Shown here: positions 27,466-37,995 of the stretch, in pieces | Numbering within the stretch: the stretch's first letter is position 1 | How the letters are laid out: each line of letters begins with the position of its first letter | NCBI GenBank assembly: GCA_014382705.1 | Contig: JACNJE010000082.1 | Location: 19,665-83,664, forward strand | From: Verrucomicrobiota bacterium | Lineage (GTDB): Bacteria > Verrucomicrobiota > Verrucomicrobiia > Limisphaerales > UBA1096 | Reading direction: 5' to 3' | DNA length: 64,000 nt | Translations under genes and position numbers: made by a program | The notes under the pieces: generated by a model | What the model was told of the DNA's origin: nothing | The model's database searches: none | Seen by the model: the letters and a program-made list of their open reading frames with translations, nothing else

Positions 27466-28408
27466 GGGTGGCGATCTCCATTAGGCCGGTTTTTTGGCGA
27501 ATCTTCAGCCCCGGCCGATCGACGATTTTGCCGATGCAACAGAGCGGCGTGTCGGGGAATTCCTGTTTGAACCGGTCGAGCAACGCGACGGCCTGCCCTT
27601 GGCCAAGCGTGAAGCACAGCTCGTAATCCTCGCCATCGGTCAGCGCGGCCAGCAGCGGCGGCTTGGCGGCTTCCGACTCCTTGGCGCGCAGCCGGGCCTC
27701 GCGGCGGATCGGCAGCGCGGACTCGAGCAACTCGGCCCCGGCGTTGGCGGAGGTGAGCAGATGGCCAAGGTCTCCGGCCAAGCCGTCGCTGAGGTCGATC
27801 ATCGCGCTGGGTTTGAAATTTGCGGCGAGCCATTGCGCCTCGGCCAGACGCGGCGTGAACGTGAGATGATGCCCGGCGATCGAGCCGCCCAGTTCGCCGG
27901 TCACCCACACGCCGTCGCCGACGGCCGCGCCGCTGCGGAGGAGGCATTTGTCACGCGCGACTTCGCCAACAAGCGACACGCCGATGAAGAGCCGCTCCGG
28001 GTTGGCCACCGTCTCGCCGCCGACCAGCGACACGTCGTGGCGCTTGGCCAAGGCGGCCATGCCGTCGTAAACCGACTCGACCGTTTCGGCATCGAAGCCG
28101 TCCGGCAAACCGAGCGTGACCGTGGCCCAGCGCGGTGTGCCGGCCATCGCGGCGATGTCGCTCAACGCGCGGCCAAGCGCCTTGTGGCCGACCTGCTGCG
28201 GGTCGGCGTCGCGGGTGAAATGAACCCCCTCGACCACGGCGTCGGTCTTGTGGAGCTGCCACAGGCCGGGCACGCCGGCGTCGATCACGGCGCAGTCGTC
28301 GCCCGCGCCGCCGACCACCGAGTCGCCGGTCGGCAGCTTGGCCGAGAGCCGCGAGATCAACTCAAACTCGTCCGGCTGTTTCTCGCGCTTGGTTTCGCTC
28401 ATTGCCAA
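27443..28408 (-). CDS. thiL: Thiamine-monophosphate kinase
   Basis: EFELISRL..., GDDCAVID and AIR-synthase-like fold motifs. Confidence 0.85.
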   Translation of the reverse strand: MAMSETKREKQPDEFELISRLSAKLPTGDSVVGGAGDDCAVIDAGVPGLWQLHKTDAVVEGVHFTRDADPQQVGHKALGRALSDIAAMAGTPRWATVTLGLPDGFDAETVESVYDGMAALAKRHDVSLVGGETVANPERLFIGVSLVGEVARDKCLLRSGAAVGDGVWVTGELGGSIAGHHLTFTPRLAEAQWLAANFKPSAMIDLSDGLAGDLGHLLTSANAGAELLESALPIRREARLRAKESEAAKPPLLAALTDGEDYELCFTLGQGQAVALLDRFKQEFPDTPLCCIGKIVDRPGLKIRQKTGLMEIATRGHVHFQ

Positions 28409-29154
28409 AATAGCATGACCAGATTGGAGGCGTTGAAAACGGCGTGTGCAGTGATCGGGGCGAGCAGGTTGTCGGTGAACTCGTACAGCGCGATCAGCCC
28501 CAGTGCCACGGCCGTGAGCGATGCGAAGGTGAGCAGGTTGACGTGAAAGAGCGCGAACAGGATCGCGGTGCCGATCGCGGCGACGCTCGGATAACCGATC
28601 TGCTTGATCGCCGGATACAAGATGCCTCGAAAGAGGATTTCCTCCGCGATCGGAGCGACCGCGACCGCCATCACCACAAAAAAAACAAGCACCCCGGTTT
28701 GATCCGGCTTGGCCGCCTCCTCGGCGATGAGCGTGACCAGTTTTTGCGGCTCGGCCTGATCACCAAACGCCTGAATCAACAGGCTCGTCAATACGGCCAG
28801 TGCCATGGCGATGAGCACCAACCCCAGACCGGTCGCCAAACCGAACAGCAGGCAGCGGCCGGTGTTTCCGGTGGCGAATCCGAAGGCATCCGCCAGCCGA
28901 ACCGGCAATCCGTAAAAGCGGCGGTTGGCCTGAAGCCAAACGCCGACGGCGACGAAGATAGCGACCGGCAGCACGGAGACGCTGGCCGCCATCTGCGCGA
29001 TCGAACCGTCCTCAAACAGGCCGGCGAAGGCCGCGCCCGGGGCCATGGCCAGCATGAAGGCGCAGCCGAGCCAGAGGAGCGACTCGGGATTCCATGGTTT
29101 GTGTGTCAGCACGGCCGGGCCAAGGTAATCGCCGCCGGGCGGTTCAGCCAACAA
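28399..29154 (-). CDS. CPBP-family intramembrane glutamic endopeptidase (CAAX protease-like)
   Basis: APIAEEILFRGILY, FALFH and HAVFN motifs, multi-TM. Confidence 0.75.
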   Translation of the reverse strand: MLAEPPGGDYLGPAVLTHKPWNPESLLWLGCAFMLAMAPGAAFAGLFEDGSIAQMAASVSVLPVAIFVAVGVWLQANRRFYGLPVRLADAFGFATGNTGRCLLFGLATGLGLVLIAMALAVLTSLLIQAFGDQAEPQKLVTLIAEEAAKPDQTGVLVFFVVMAVAVAPIAEEILFRGILYPAIKQIGYPSVAAIGTAILFALFHVNLLTFASLTAVALGLIALYEFTDNLLAPITAHAVFNASNLVMLFWQ

Positions 29155-29175
29155 AACCTCCGCTTGGCCAACCGC

Positions 29176-30732
29176 TCAATGGCGGAAATGCCGTCCACCG
29201 GTGAAGGCCATGGCCATGCCGCGCTCGTTGGCGGCGGCGATGACCTCGTCGTCCCGTTTGGAGCCGCCGGGCTGGATGGCGGCGGTGGCGCCGGCCTCGG
29301 CGGCGGCGATGAGGCCGTCGGCGAACGGGAAAAAGGCGTCGCTGCAAACGACGCTGCCGCTGAGGTCGAGCCCGGCCTCGCCGGCCTTCCAGACGGCGAT
29401 GCGGCTGGCGTCGACGCGGCTCATCTGCCCGGCACCGACGCCGAGCGTGCGATCCCGGGCGGCGTACACGATGGCGTTGGACTTGACGTGCTTGACGGCG
29501 CGCCAGCCGAAGAGCATCGCCTTTAGTTCCTCCTCGCCCGGGTGGCGCTCGGTGACTATCTCGAGATCGGCGGCGGAGGTTTTCCGGAGGTCGCGCTCCT
29601 GCACGAGGAACGACTCGGCCCCGACGGAGCGGACGTCCCACGGCACGGCGTTGGCCGGGTTGAGCAGCAGCCTGGCCAAGCGCAGGTTTTTTTTCTGCTG
29701 CAGCAGCTCGAGCGCGTCGTCCTCAAAGTCGGGGGCAACGATGACCTCGGTGAAGATTTCGCTGATCGCCTCGGCGGTGGCGAGATCGATCGCGGTGTTG
29801 CAGGCGATGATGCCGCCGAACGGCGCCTGGCGGTCGGTCGCGTACGCCTTGGCCCACGCGTCGGCAAGGGTGTCCGCTTGGCCAAGGCCGCAGGCGTTGG
29901 TGTGCTTGAGAATGGCGAGCGTGGGCGGATCGGCATCGAACTCGACAATCAACCCGGCGGCGGCGGTGAGGTCGAGGATGTTGTTGTACGAGAGCGCCCT
30001 GCCGTGAAGCTGCCTGTAAAACTCGCCAAAGCGGCCGTAAAGGGCGGCGCGCTGGTGGGGGTTTTCACCGTAGCGCAGGTCCTGCGCCTTGTCGGTCCGG
30101 ACAACGAGTTTGCCCGGCAGCTCCTTGCCCGGCTGCTCCTGCTCGTAGACGTTGGCCAGGTGCAACGCGATCGCGCCGTCGTAGGCGGCGGTGCGCGAGT
30201 AAACCTTGACGGCGAGTTCGCGGCGCAGCTCGAGCGTGGTGTCGCCGTGCTCGGAGACCTGGTCGGCGACGCGGCCGTAGTCGGCGGGATCGACCACCAC
30301 GGTGACGCTCTGGTGGTTCTTGGCCGCGCTGCGGAGCATCGAGGGGCCGCCGATGTCGATGTTCTCGATGGCGGCCTCAAGAGTGACGTCCGGCTTGGCC
30401 ACGGTCTGCTCGAATGGATACAGGTTCACCACGACGAGGTCGATCGGCCGGATGGCGTGCTCGGCGGCGGTGGCGGCGTGCTCGGCATTCTCCCGCAGGT
30501 ACAGCAGGCCGCCGTGAACCTTGGGGTGCAGCGTCTTGACGCGGCCGTCGAGCATCTCGGGAAAGCCGGTGTAGTCGCTGAGGTCCTGCACCGGGATGCC
30601 GGCCTCGCGCAGCACGCCGGCGGTGCCGCCGGTGGAGATGATCTCGACGCCGGCGCGGGAAAGCACCTCGGCGAACGGGATGAGATCGGTCTTGTCGGAA
30701 ACGGAAATGAGCGCGCGCTCAATCTTGGGCAT
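29176..30732 (-). CDS. purH: Bifunctional AICAR transformylase / IMP cyclohydrolase
   Basis: [21 protein letters not shown]..., GGTAGVL and KHTNACG motifs over the full length of 518 aa. Confidence 0.95.
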   Translation of the reverse strand: MPKIERALISVSDKTDLIPFAEVLSRAGVEIISTGGTAGVLREAGIPVQDLSDYTGFPEMLDGRVKTLHPKVHGGLLYLRENAEHAATAAEHAIRPIDLVVVNLYPFEQTVAKPDVTLEAAIENIDIGGPSMLRSAAKNHQSVTVVVDPADYGRVADQVSEHGDTTLELRRELAVKVYSRTAAYDGAIALHLANVYEQEQPGKELPGKLVVRTDKAQDLRYGENPHQRAALYGRFGEFYRQLHGRALSYNNILDLTAAAGLIVEFDADPPTLAILKHTNACGLGQADTLADAWAKAYATDRQAPFGGIIACNTAIDLATAEAISEIFTEVIVAPDFEDDALELLQQKKNLRLARLLLNPANAVPWDVRSVGAESFLVQERDLRKTSAADLEIVTERHPGEEELKAMLFGWRAVKHVKSNAIVYAARDRTLGVGAGQMSRVDASRIAVWKAGEAGLDLSGSVVCSDAFFPFADGLIAAAEAGATAAIQPGGSKRDDEVIAAANERGMAMAFTGGRHFRH

Positions 30733-30817
30733 GATGCTGTTGGTCGGGTTGCGACTGCCGGAGCGGTTTCGGGCCCGGCCATGTTCGCGTTCGCGGCAAA
30801 AAAATCAAGCCACTTGC

Positions 30818-30831
30818 CGCTTGGCCAAGCG
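30818..30831. repeat. Palindrome copy 5 nt 3' of the secretin stop codon
   Basis: Exact CGCTTGGCCAAGCG. Confidence 0.9.
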
Positions 30832-30836
30832 GGCGG

Positions 30837-32915
30837 TCATTTGCCTTCCGCCGGCTTGGCCGGGACCGGGGGCGGCGGGAAAGCCGTCGGCCCCGGTGTC
30901 GGCAGGGATTTCGGCAGGGATTTCGGCAGGCTGACGGGGGTGGAGTGGCCTCCGCCGGGCGGCTCATAGCTCACGTAGGAGCCGTTCTCATCGAGCAGCG
31001 TGGCGGTGACAAAAATCAGCAGGTACCGAGGCTTGTCGATGGAGGAGCGCTTGCGGAAGATGGAGCCGATGCCGGGCAGGTTGCCGAGGATCGGGACCGA
31101 CTCGACAATGGTACGCTGTTCACGCTCCAGCACGCCGCCCATCATTATGCTTTGGCCGGAGCCGACCACGACGCGCGTGGCGAGTTCCTGCGTTCGCCAC
31201 TGGGGGAGGTAAATCTCGAGCTTGTTCTGCTCGCCTTCAGAAGCTTCATCGAAGGTCTGGCCCTTGAGTGAGACATAGCTGACATTTTGATTCACCACCG
31301 GATGCAAGGCGATCAGGATACGTTGTCCATCTCCTCCGATACTGGCCACGACCTCCAGTGAAACGCCCGCAGTGATTTTGCTGGGGGTACCTTTTGGAAC
31401 CAAGCGTTGAGTGTATTGGCGTTCGGTCAACGTTTCCTCAATCGTAAATTCCTCGTAGAAGTAATTCACTTGGCCATCGTTGATGGAGCCTGGCCGGTTG
31501 TTGAGCAGCGTCAGGCGCGGCGCGCTAAGCAACTGGCTCTCGCCGCTCTGCTCGAGCGCGGTCAGCGCTGCAGACAGGTCGGCGTTGCTGAGGATGCTGT
31601 TTTCCTTGAACACGTTCTTGAACGTGATCCTTGTCAGCAGGCCCTCCTCGCTTCCCAGCGCCCCTGCGCCGATTCCGGTCTGGTCTTGTGGCGAATTACC
31701 CGCAACGCTGGACGCCCACCGGAAACCAAGGTCGAGAAACGACGCCTCGGAGATCGTGATGAATCGCGCCTCGATCAAAACCTGCTGAATCGGACGGTCA
31801 AACTCCTCGATGATACGCTCCAGAACCTCGAACTGCGTCGGCGTGCCGGTAGCGACGATGAGGTTCCGCTCGTAGTCGATCATAAAGTCCGGGCCCTTGA
31901 AAAACTTGGCGATGGCATCCTCGATCGACGGCCTTTTCGTGATGCTGTCGTTCACAAACATCTCATACTTGGCCGTCTCCGTGATGGTGGCCGGCCCCTT
32001 CTCCGGTTTCACGGTCACCAGCGTGGTCTCCTCCGGGCCAAACTGCGCCGGCATTATGAAGCCCTGCCGCAACCGGTAAAACCGCGTCTGCTCGATCAGC
32101 TCCTTCGACGCCTTGCCGTCGATCACCCAGATCAGATCCTCCCCAACCTGGAACTGCACGCCTGCGTTGCGTGAAATATAGCCCAGCAGCTCGCTCAGCT
32201 TCACCTTCTCGAGGCTGAGCGTCAGCTTTTGCTGAAGTGGTGCCAGCCCCTCGTCGGCGATGAAGTTGATGCCCTCTTTCCCGCCGATGTTGAAAAGAAT
32301 GTCCTTCACGGTTTGCTGATCGACCTGGATGGACACCGTGTTGTCGAGCAGGCCGGACATGCGGCCCTGCTCGCTCTGCGCGTCGAACAGAAACCCCTGC
32401 TTGGTGATTTGTTTGCCGAAGGTATCCGGAACGTACGGCTCAGCCTGAATCATCTCGAGGGCGTCGCGAATATCCTTGCGAGGCGGCAGGCCGCGGCTCT
32501 TTTGATCCTCCCAGATGTCCTTGATCGACGGGTTCATCCCGGTGTGCGTTGCATCGATCGAGCGGATGCGATCCTCAATGGCCTGCTCCCGGAGTATCGT
32601 TTTCTGCGTGGCCACCCACTCACCAATCCGCAGGAGCGTCTTGTCTTCCGGATGTTGTTGCAGCAACAGGCCCACCTCAGCCTCTGCCTCCTCCCACTTG
32701 CCCCTCTCGGACAGGCGGAAGATCGACTCGAGCTCCCGGTCGTATGCCGCGCTGTACTCCACCCGGTCGTTCAGGTTGAACGACCCGTCGTCACCCTGCC
32801 TCGACGACTGGCAGCCGGCCGCCATCACCAACGCCAAGCCGACAGCCACGCCGATGCAGCGCTTGGCCAAGCGCTGTCGGCAAGTTGCTACACTCGAATT
32901 ACAGGTTTTCATCAC
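30837..32915 (-). CDS. Secretin (type II/type IV-pilus secretion system outer-membrane channel), lipoprotein-type signal, Pro-rich C-terminus
   Basis: LLSAPRLTLLNNRPGSI... and VPILGNLPGIGSIFRKRSSIDKPRYLLIFVTATLL form a secretin C-domain. N-terminal LALVMAAGC lipobox. Confidence 0.8.
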   Translation of the reverse strand: MMKTCNSSVATCRQRLAKRCIGVAVGLALVMAAGCQSSRQGDDGSFNLNDRVEYSAAYDRELESIFRLSERGKWEEAEAEVGLLLQQHPEDKTLLRIGEWVATQKTILREQAIEDRIRSIDATHTGMNPSIKDIWEDQKSRGLPPRKDIRDALEMIQAEPYVPDTFGKQITKQGFLFDAQSEQGRMSGLLDNTVSIQVDQQTVKDILFNIGGKEGINFIADEGLAPLQQKLTLSLEKVKLSELLGYISRNAGVQFQVGEDLIWVIDGKASKELIEQTRFYRLRQGFIMPAQFGPEETTLVTVKPEKGPATITETAKYEMFVNDSITKRPSIEDAIAKFFKGPDFMIDYERNLIVATGTPTQFEVLERIIEEFDRPIQQVLIEARFITISEASFLDLGFRWASSVAGNSPQDQTGIGAGALGSEEGLLTRITFKNVFKENSILSNADLSAALTALEQSGESQLLSAPRLTLLNNRPGSINDGQVNYFYEEFTIEETLTERQYTQRLVPKGTPSKITAGVSLEVVASIGGDGQRILIALHPVVNQNVSYVSLKGQTFDEASEGEQNKLEIYLPQWRTQELATRVVVGSGQSIMMGGVLEREQRTIVESVPILGNLPGIGSIFRKRSSIDKPRYLLIFVTATLLDENGSYVSYEPPGGGHSTPVSLPKSLPKSLPTPGPTAFPPPPVPAKPAEGK
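32857..32876. repeat. Extended 20-bp perfect palindrome CAGCGCTTGGCCAAGCGCTG inside the secretin signal-peptide codons
   Basis: Read from the sequence. Translates (minus strand) as ..RQRLAKRC.. Confidence 0.9.
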
Positions 32916-34048
32916 GCTGCCGCGGCCTGGTCATCGACCAGACGATACCAGTTGTCCCGTTGTCGCGCCTCGTAGCCGATGCCCTCAATCAGGCGCCTCA
33001 TGTCCGGGACGCCCATTCGGAATGTCGTGCCGGCCTCGGAAACCACGTTCTCCTCGATCATGATGCTGCCCAAGTCGTTCGCGCCGTACCGCAGCGCCAC
33101 CTGGCCCACCTCGAGCCCCTGCGTCACCCACGAGCTTTGGATGTTCGGGATGTTGTCGAGAAAGATTCGGCTGATGGCCTGCATACGCAGGTATTCACTG
33201 GCTCCGACCTCCGGCGCGTTGAGCCGGGTGTTCTCCGCCTGAAATGTCCACGCAATGAACGCCGTGAAGCCTCCGGTCTCGTCCTGCTGACGCCGCACCC
33301 GCTCGAGGTGTTCAATCCGTTGGCCAAGCGACTCGACGTGTCCAAACATCATCGTCGCCGTCGAGGCCATGCCCAGCCGGTGCGCCACCGCCATCACCTC
33401 CAGCCAGTCGTCGCTCATCGCCTTGAGTGGCGAAATGCGCTGGCGGACCGCGTCGACCAGGATTTCGCCACCGCCGCCGGGGATCGAGCCCAGGCCGGCG
33501 TCGCGGAAATCCCGGATCAGCGTCTCCAGCGGCTCGTCGAACACGTCACGAAAATGGATGAACTCGCTGGGGCTGAAGCCGTGAATGTTGATCTGCGGAA
33601 ACTTGTCGCGGATGTGCGACAGCAGGTCGAGGTACCACTGCTTGTCGAGCTTCGGGTGATGCCCGCCCTGCATCAGAATCTGCGTGCCGCCCAGCGCGAT
33701 CGTCTCCTCGATTTTTTGGTCGATCTCGTCGTGGGTGATCACGTACGAGTCGTCCTGTTTTTCCGTCCGCCAAAACGCGCAGAACTTGCAGTAGACGTTG
33801 CAGACGTTGGTGTAGTTGATGTTGCGGTCGACGATGTAGGTGGCGATGTCGTTGCCCCGCCCGCCGTAGGCATCCGCCTTGGCCAAGCGGCGACGGCGAT
33901 CCGCCAGCGCGCCTAGCTGCGGCATCGGCAGCTCATACAGCGTTGCCGCCTCGTCGGCGCTCACGCGCCCGCCGTCCCACGCCTTTTGGCAGATTGCCTC
34001 CTTGGTGGCATCCAAGCCCACGGCGGGAATGTAGTCGTTCGCGGCCAA
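32912..34048 (-). CDS. mqnC: Futalosine-pathway radical SAM enzyme, MqnC-like (MqnC/MqnE/CofH family)
   Basis: YIVDRNINYTNVCNVYCKFCAFWR radical SAM cluster motif and GGTQILMQGGHHP. The MqnC versus MqnE choice is from memory of the RNINYTN context. Confidence 0.55.
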   Translation of the reverse strand: MAANDYIPAVGLDATKEAICQKAWDGGRVSADEAATLYELPMPQLGALADRRRRLAKADAYGGRGNDIATYIVDRNINYTNVCNVYCKFCAFWRTEKQDDSYVITHDEIDQKIEETIALGGTQILMQGGHHPKLDKQWYLDLLSHIRDKFPQINIHGFSPSEFIHFRDVFDEPLETLIRDFRDAGLGSIPGGGGEILVDAVRQRISPLKAMSDDWLEVMAVAHRLGMASTATMMFGHVESLGQRIEHLERVRRQQDETGGFTAFIAWTFQAENTRLNAPEVGASEYLRMQAISRIFLDNIPNIQSSWVTQGLEVGQVALRYGANDLGSIMIEENVVSEAGTTFRMGVPDMRRLIEGIGYEARQRDNWYRLVDDQAAAA

Positions 34049-34057
34049 AAGGCAACC

Positions 34058-34071
34058 CGCTTGGCCAAGCG
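34058..34071. repeat. Palindrome copy 4 nt 3' of the glnS stop codon
   Basis: Exact 14-mer in the 27-bp mqnC-glnS spacer. Confidence 0.9.
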
Positions 34072-34075
34072 CGCC

Positions 34076-35821
34076 TCACCCCTTTTTCTGCTGCTTGGCC
34101 CAGGCGTCGCGAAGGGTGACGGTGCGGTTGAAAACCGGCCGGCCGGGCCGGGAGTCGGTGGCGTCGGCGCAATAGTAGCCGGATCGCTCGAATTGGAACC
34201 GCTCGCCCGGGGCCGCCTTGGCCAAGGCCGGCTCGAGCCGGGCATCGCGGATCACCTCCAGCGAGCCGGGGTTGAGATGGTCGAGATAAGTTTTGCCGTC
34301 CTCCTCCCTGTTCGGATCCTCGACGGTGAATAACCGGTCGTACAGCCGCACCTCCGCCTCGTGCGCGTGCGCCGCAGAGACCCAATGGATCGTGCCCTTG
34401 ACCTTGCGCCCGTCCGGCGCGTTGCCGCCGCGTGTCTCCGGGTCGTAGGTGCAGTGCAGCTCGGTCACCTCCCCGGCGGCGTTGCGGATGACCTCGTTGC
34501 AGGTGATGAAATAGGCGAACCGCAGCCGCACTTCGCGCCCCGGGCCAAGCCGGAAAAATTTTTTCGGCGGCTCCTCCATGAAGTCGTCCCGCTCGACGTA
34601 AATCTCGCGCGAAAACGGCACCATGCGCGTCCCGGCTTCGGGGTTCTTCGGGTGGTTGGCCGCCTCGAGCTCCTCGACGGTGCCCGCATCGAAGTTCGTG
34701 ATCACGACCTTGAGCGGCCGCAGCACCGCCAACCGGCGGGGCGTGGTGTCGTTCAAGTCCTGTCGGATACTGTGCTCGAGCAGCGCCATGTCGGTGAGGC
34801 TGTTGAACTTGGTCATGCCGACGGTTTTGCAAAACGCCCGGATGCCCGATGGCGTGTAGCCCCGGCGGCGCAACCCGGAGAGGGTTGGCATGCGCGGGTC
34901 ATCCCACCCGCTGACGCGCCCCTCCTCAACCAGCGTGAGCAGCCGGCGCTTGCTCAACACGGCGTAGGTGAGGCTCAGCCGCGCAAACTCAATCTGCCTC
35001 GGCCGGCAGTCGATGGTCACATTGTCGAGCACCCAGTCGTACAGCGGCCGGTGCACCTCGAACTCCAGCGTGCAGAGCGAGTGGGTGATGCCCTCAATCG
35101 AGTCGGACAGGCAGTGCGTGAAGTCGTACATCGGGTAGAGGCACCACTGGCTGCCGGTGCGGTGATGCGGCATTTTGCGGATGCGATACAGCACCGGGTC
35201 GCGCATGTGCAGGTTTGGCGAGGCCATGTCGATCTTCGCCCGCAACACCCGTGTGCCATCTGCAAACTCGCCGTCGCGCATTCGCTCAAAAAGCGCCAGG
35301 TTTTCCTCCGGCGACCGTTCCCGAAACGGGCTGTTCGTTCCCGGCTTGGTGGGCGTGCCCCGGTGCTCGGCGATCTCCTCCAGCGTCAGTTCACAGACAA
35401 ACGCCTTCCCGGTCTTGATCAACTCGACCGCGAACCCGTACAGCTTCTCGAAATAATCGGAGGCAAAAAAGATATTGTTACCCCATTCGAAGCCGAGCCA
35501 TTGGACGTCCTCCTTGATTGAGTCGACGTACTCGACGTCCTCCTTTGCCGGGTTCGTGTCGTCGAAACGCAGGTGGCAGATGCCGCCCTTATTTTCCTGC
35601 GCAATGCCGAAATTGAGGCAGATTGACTTGGCGTGGCCAATGTGCAGGTAGCCGTTTGGCTCCGGCGGAAAGCGGGTCACCGTGGAGGCGTGCCTGCCGT
35701 TGGCCAAGTCATCCGCAACGATTTCGCGTATGAAATCAAGCGACTCCGGCTTGGCCTCGCCGGTGTCAGGATCCGCGGATATGTTGGTTTGAATTCCCAT
35801 TTCAAGTGGCTCGCTGGCCAA
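34076..35821 (-). CDS. glnS: Glutamine--tRNA ligase
   Basis: [16 protein letters not shown] (HIGH), VLSKRRL (KMSKS-like), and the full-length class I GlnRS architecture. Confidence 0.95.
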   Translation of the reverse strand: MASEPLEMGIQTNISADPDTGEAKPESLDFIREIVADDLANGRHASTVTRFPPEPNGYLHIGHAKSICLNFGIAQENKGGICHLRFDDTNPAKEDVEYVDSIKEDVQWLGFEWGNNIFFASDYFEKLYGFAVELIKTGKAFVCELTLEEIAEHRGTPTKPGTNSPFRERSPEENLALFERMRDGEFADGTRVLRAKIDMASPNLHMRDPVLYRIRKMPHHRTGSQWCLYPMYDFTHCLSDSIEGITHSLCTLEFEVHRPLYDWVLDNVTIDCRPRQIEFARLSLTYAVLSKRRLLTLVEEGRVSGWDDPRMPTLSGLRRRGYTPSGIRAFCKTVGMTKFNSLTDMALLEHSIRQDLNDTTPRRLAVLRPLKVVITNFDAGTVEELEAANHPKNPEAGTRMVPFSREIYVERDDFMEEPPKKFFRLGPGREVRLRFAYFITCNEVIRNAAGEVTELHCTYDPETRGGNAPDGRKVKGTIHWVSAAHAHEAEVRLYDRLFTVEDPNREEDGKTYLDHLNPGSLEVIRDARLEPALAKAAPGERFQFERSGYYCADATDSRPGRPVFNRTVTLRDAWAKQQKKG

Positions 35822-35874
35822 GCGGCAGCGAAACAGGCAGCGTAATTAAGCCACAAAACAAAGGAAAGCGCATT

Positions 35875-35888
35875 AGCTTGGCCAAGCG
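35875..35888. repeat. Palindrome copy 8 nt 3' of the uvrD stop codon
   Basis: aGCTTGGCCAAGCg. Confidence 0.9.
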
Positions 35889-35895
35889 CGGACGG

Positions 35896-37929
35896 CTATT
35901 CCAGTGACGCCTTGAGTCTGGAAAAAAAGTCGCGCTCCTCCTCCTCCGAGACCGGTTCCGCGTCGTCGCCATGCACAATCAACTCCCCAGGGATTTCCTT
36001 CAGGAACGGCGACGGATGGCAGGGAATCAGTTCGCCAAACTTCCGCCGACTGCCGCAATGGCTCATGGTGAGTGTCTTTTGTGCCCGAGTGATGGCCACG
36101 TAAAACAACCGGCGTTCCTCATCAACCGTCCCCTCGACCTTGGAGCGGGCGTGCGGGATTAAGCCATCCTCTACGCCGGCGATGAACACGTGCGGGAACT
36201 CAAGCCCCTTGCAACTGTGCACGGTGATCAGTGTCACCGCATCTCCGGCTTCCTCCTCCTCGTCGCGTTCGCGGTCGAGTGAGATATGCTCAAGATAGCG
36301 GTGAAGCCGTTCCGGCACCGACCGGTTCGCCGGGCAAAAACCGGGGTCCATCGAGTCGAGCAAATCGACGATGTTGCGCACACGGTTTTCGGCGGTTTCC
36401 TCGTCCTTTTCTGTTCGGCGAATTTCACGGAACAATCCCACCTCCTCAAGCCAACCGTTGCACCATGCCTTGAGCGGGGCGGCTGGATGAACGGCAGCCG
36501 GGCGGTTCAGCCGCTCGTTGACCGACTCCACCAACTCAACAAAACCGATGATGCTGTCCACCGTGCGCCGCTTAAACTGGCCAAGCGCGGCCTCGTCGCG
36601 CATTACGCCGAACACCGAACAACCGCGCTCCTGGCTCAAGCCGAGCAGTTGCTCCATCGTGGTGTTGCCCAGTCCGCGCGCGGGGACGTTGGCGATGCGC
36701 AACAAGCCGGTGTCGTCGTCGGGGTTCAGGAACAGTTTCAGGTAAGAGACAAAATCCCGGATCTCGCGACGGTCAAAAAAGCTCTGCCCGCCGACGAGAT
36801 TGTAGCGGATCTCCGCCTTGCGCAGTGCCGTCTCAAGCGGACGGGATTGCTGGTTGGTGCGGAACAGGATCGCCTGATCGCGCCACCTCACTTTCTTGAT
36901 GCTGCGGTTGTACTGGATCTCCTCCACCAACGCCCTCGCTTCCTCCTCATCATCACGGAAATCCCAGAGCTTGACCGGCTCACCATCGCCCTTGTTGGAC
37001 CAAAGTTTTTTCTCCCGTCGCTGGATGTTATTTTTGATGACCGCGTTGGCGGCCTCGAGGATCGTGTTGGTGGATCGGTAATTCTGCTCGAGCCGGATGA
37101 CCTGGACATCGGGGAAATGTTTCTCGAGGTCGAGCAGGTTGGCCACCTCGGCCCCGCGCCACCCGTAAATGCTCTGGTCGTCGTCGCCGACGACGCAAAA
37201 GTTTCGGTGCGCCTTGGCCAAGCTGTGAACGAGCTGGAACTGCGAACGGTTCGTGTCCTGATACTCGTCCACCATGATGTAGCGGTAACGCTCGCGGCAT
37301 TCGTCGAGTGCCTCCGGGAAACCGTCGAACAACCGCAACACAAGCAGAATCAAGTCATCAAAATCAACGGCATTGCTGGCTTTGAGCGTCTGCTGATAGG
37401 TCGAAACCAAGCGCTTGGCCAAGCCGGCCAACTCCTGGTCCTCGGCGATGAGTTCGTCGCTGTCGGTGTTGCGCCATCGGCTGATCAGCGACAGGACGGC
37501 TTGAGGATCCGGCTTCCTCGACCCAAGCGAGATGCGGCTCAGAATGCGGCGTACCACGCCGAGTTGCTCGGCTCCATCGTAGATGACAAAGTTTTTTTTG
37601 TAGCCGAGCTTTGTGATGTGCCGGCGCAAAATGCGGACGCACAGCGAGTGGAATGTGCAAATAGTTGGCCGCTCCGCTTGGCCATTTTCATCGATGAGGC
37701 GGCGCTTGGGCACGAGGCTTTTCACCCGATCCTGCATCTCGCGGGAGGCTTTGTTGGTGAACGTGACGGCGAGAATGTTTCCGGGCCGGATGCCACGCGA
37801 GATCATGTATGCCACCCGGCTGGTGATGACGCGCGTCTTGCCGGTGCCGGCACCGGCGAGGATGAGCAACGGGCCCTCCACGGTGTGCACGGCCTGCCGT
37901 TGCTCGGGGTTCAGCGAGGAAAGCTCCAT
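35896..37929 (-). CDS. uvrD: UvrD/PcrA-family ATP-dependent DNA helicase
   Basis: LILAGAGTGKTRVI Walker A, YIMVDEYQDTN, VGDDDQSIYGWRGA and VTLITVHSCKGLEF motifs. Confidence 0.9.
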   Translation of the reverse strand: MELSSLNPEQRQAVHTVEGPLLILAGAGTGKTRVITSRVAYMISRGIRPGNILAVTFTNKASREMQDRVKSLVPKRRLIDENGQAERPTICTFHSLCVRILRRHITKLGYKKNFVIYDGAEQLGVVRRILSRISLGSRKPDPQAVLSLISRWRNTDSDELIAEDQELAGLAKRLVSTYQQTLKASNAVDFDDLILLVLRLFDGFPEALDECRERYRYIMVDEYQDTNRSQFQLVHSLAKAHRNFCVVGDDDQSIYGWRGAEVANLLDLEKHFPDVQVIRLEQNYRSTNTILEAANAVIKNNIQRREKKLWSNKGDGEPVKLWDFRDDEEEARALVEEIQYNRSIKKVRWRDQAILFRTNQQSRPLETALRKAEIRYNLVGGQSFFDRREIRDFVSYLKLFLNPDDDTGLLRIANVPARGLGNTTMEQLLGLSQERGCSVFGVMRDEAALGQFKRRTVDSIIGFVELVESVNERLNRPAAVHPAAPLKAWCNGWLEEVGLFREIRRTEKDEETAENRVRNIVDLLDSMDPGFCPANRSVPERLHRYLEHISLDRERDEEEEAGDAVTLITVHSCKGLEFPHVFIAGVEDGLIPHARSKVEGTVDEERRLFYVAITRAQKTLTMSHCGSRRKFGELIPCHPSPFLKEIPGELIVHGDDAEPVSEEEERDFFSRLKASLE

Positions 37930-37980
37930 CCAGCGGCGCGGCTTCAGGAGTGGGAGAAAAACATAGAGGGATCGACCCGG

Positions 37981-37994
37981 CGCTTGGCCAAGCG
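37981..37994. repeat. Palindrome copy 1 nt 3' of the wzc-like stop codon
   Basis: Exact 14-mer. Confidence 0.9.
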
Positions 37995-37995
37995 G

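Noticed and set aside
30733-30836. Possible ZTP/purine riboswitch in the purH leader; likewise upstream of purL (48317-48450) and a Mn riboswitch upstream of the Nramp-like gene (57375-57409).
   Set aside because: I could not find the conserved cores on the correct strand (e.g. the ZTP GGGUCGUGAC...CCGGGCGGA...CGCCUGGGCA). The Nramp spacer is only 35 nt.
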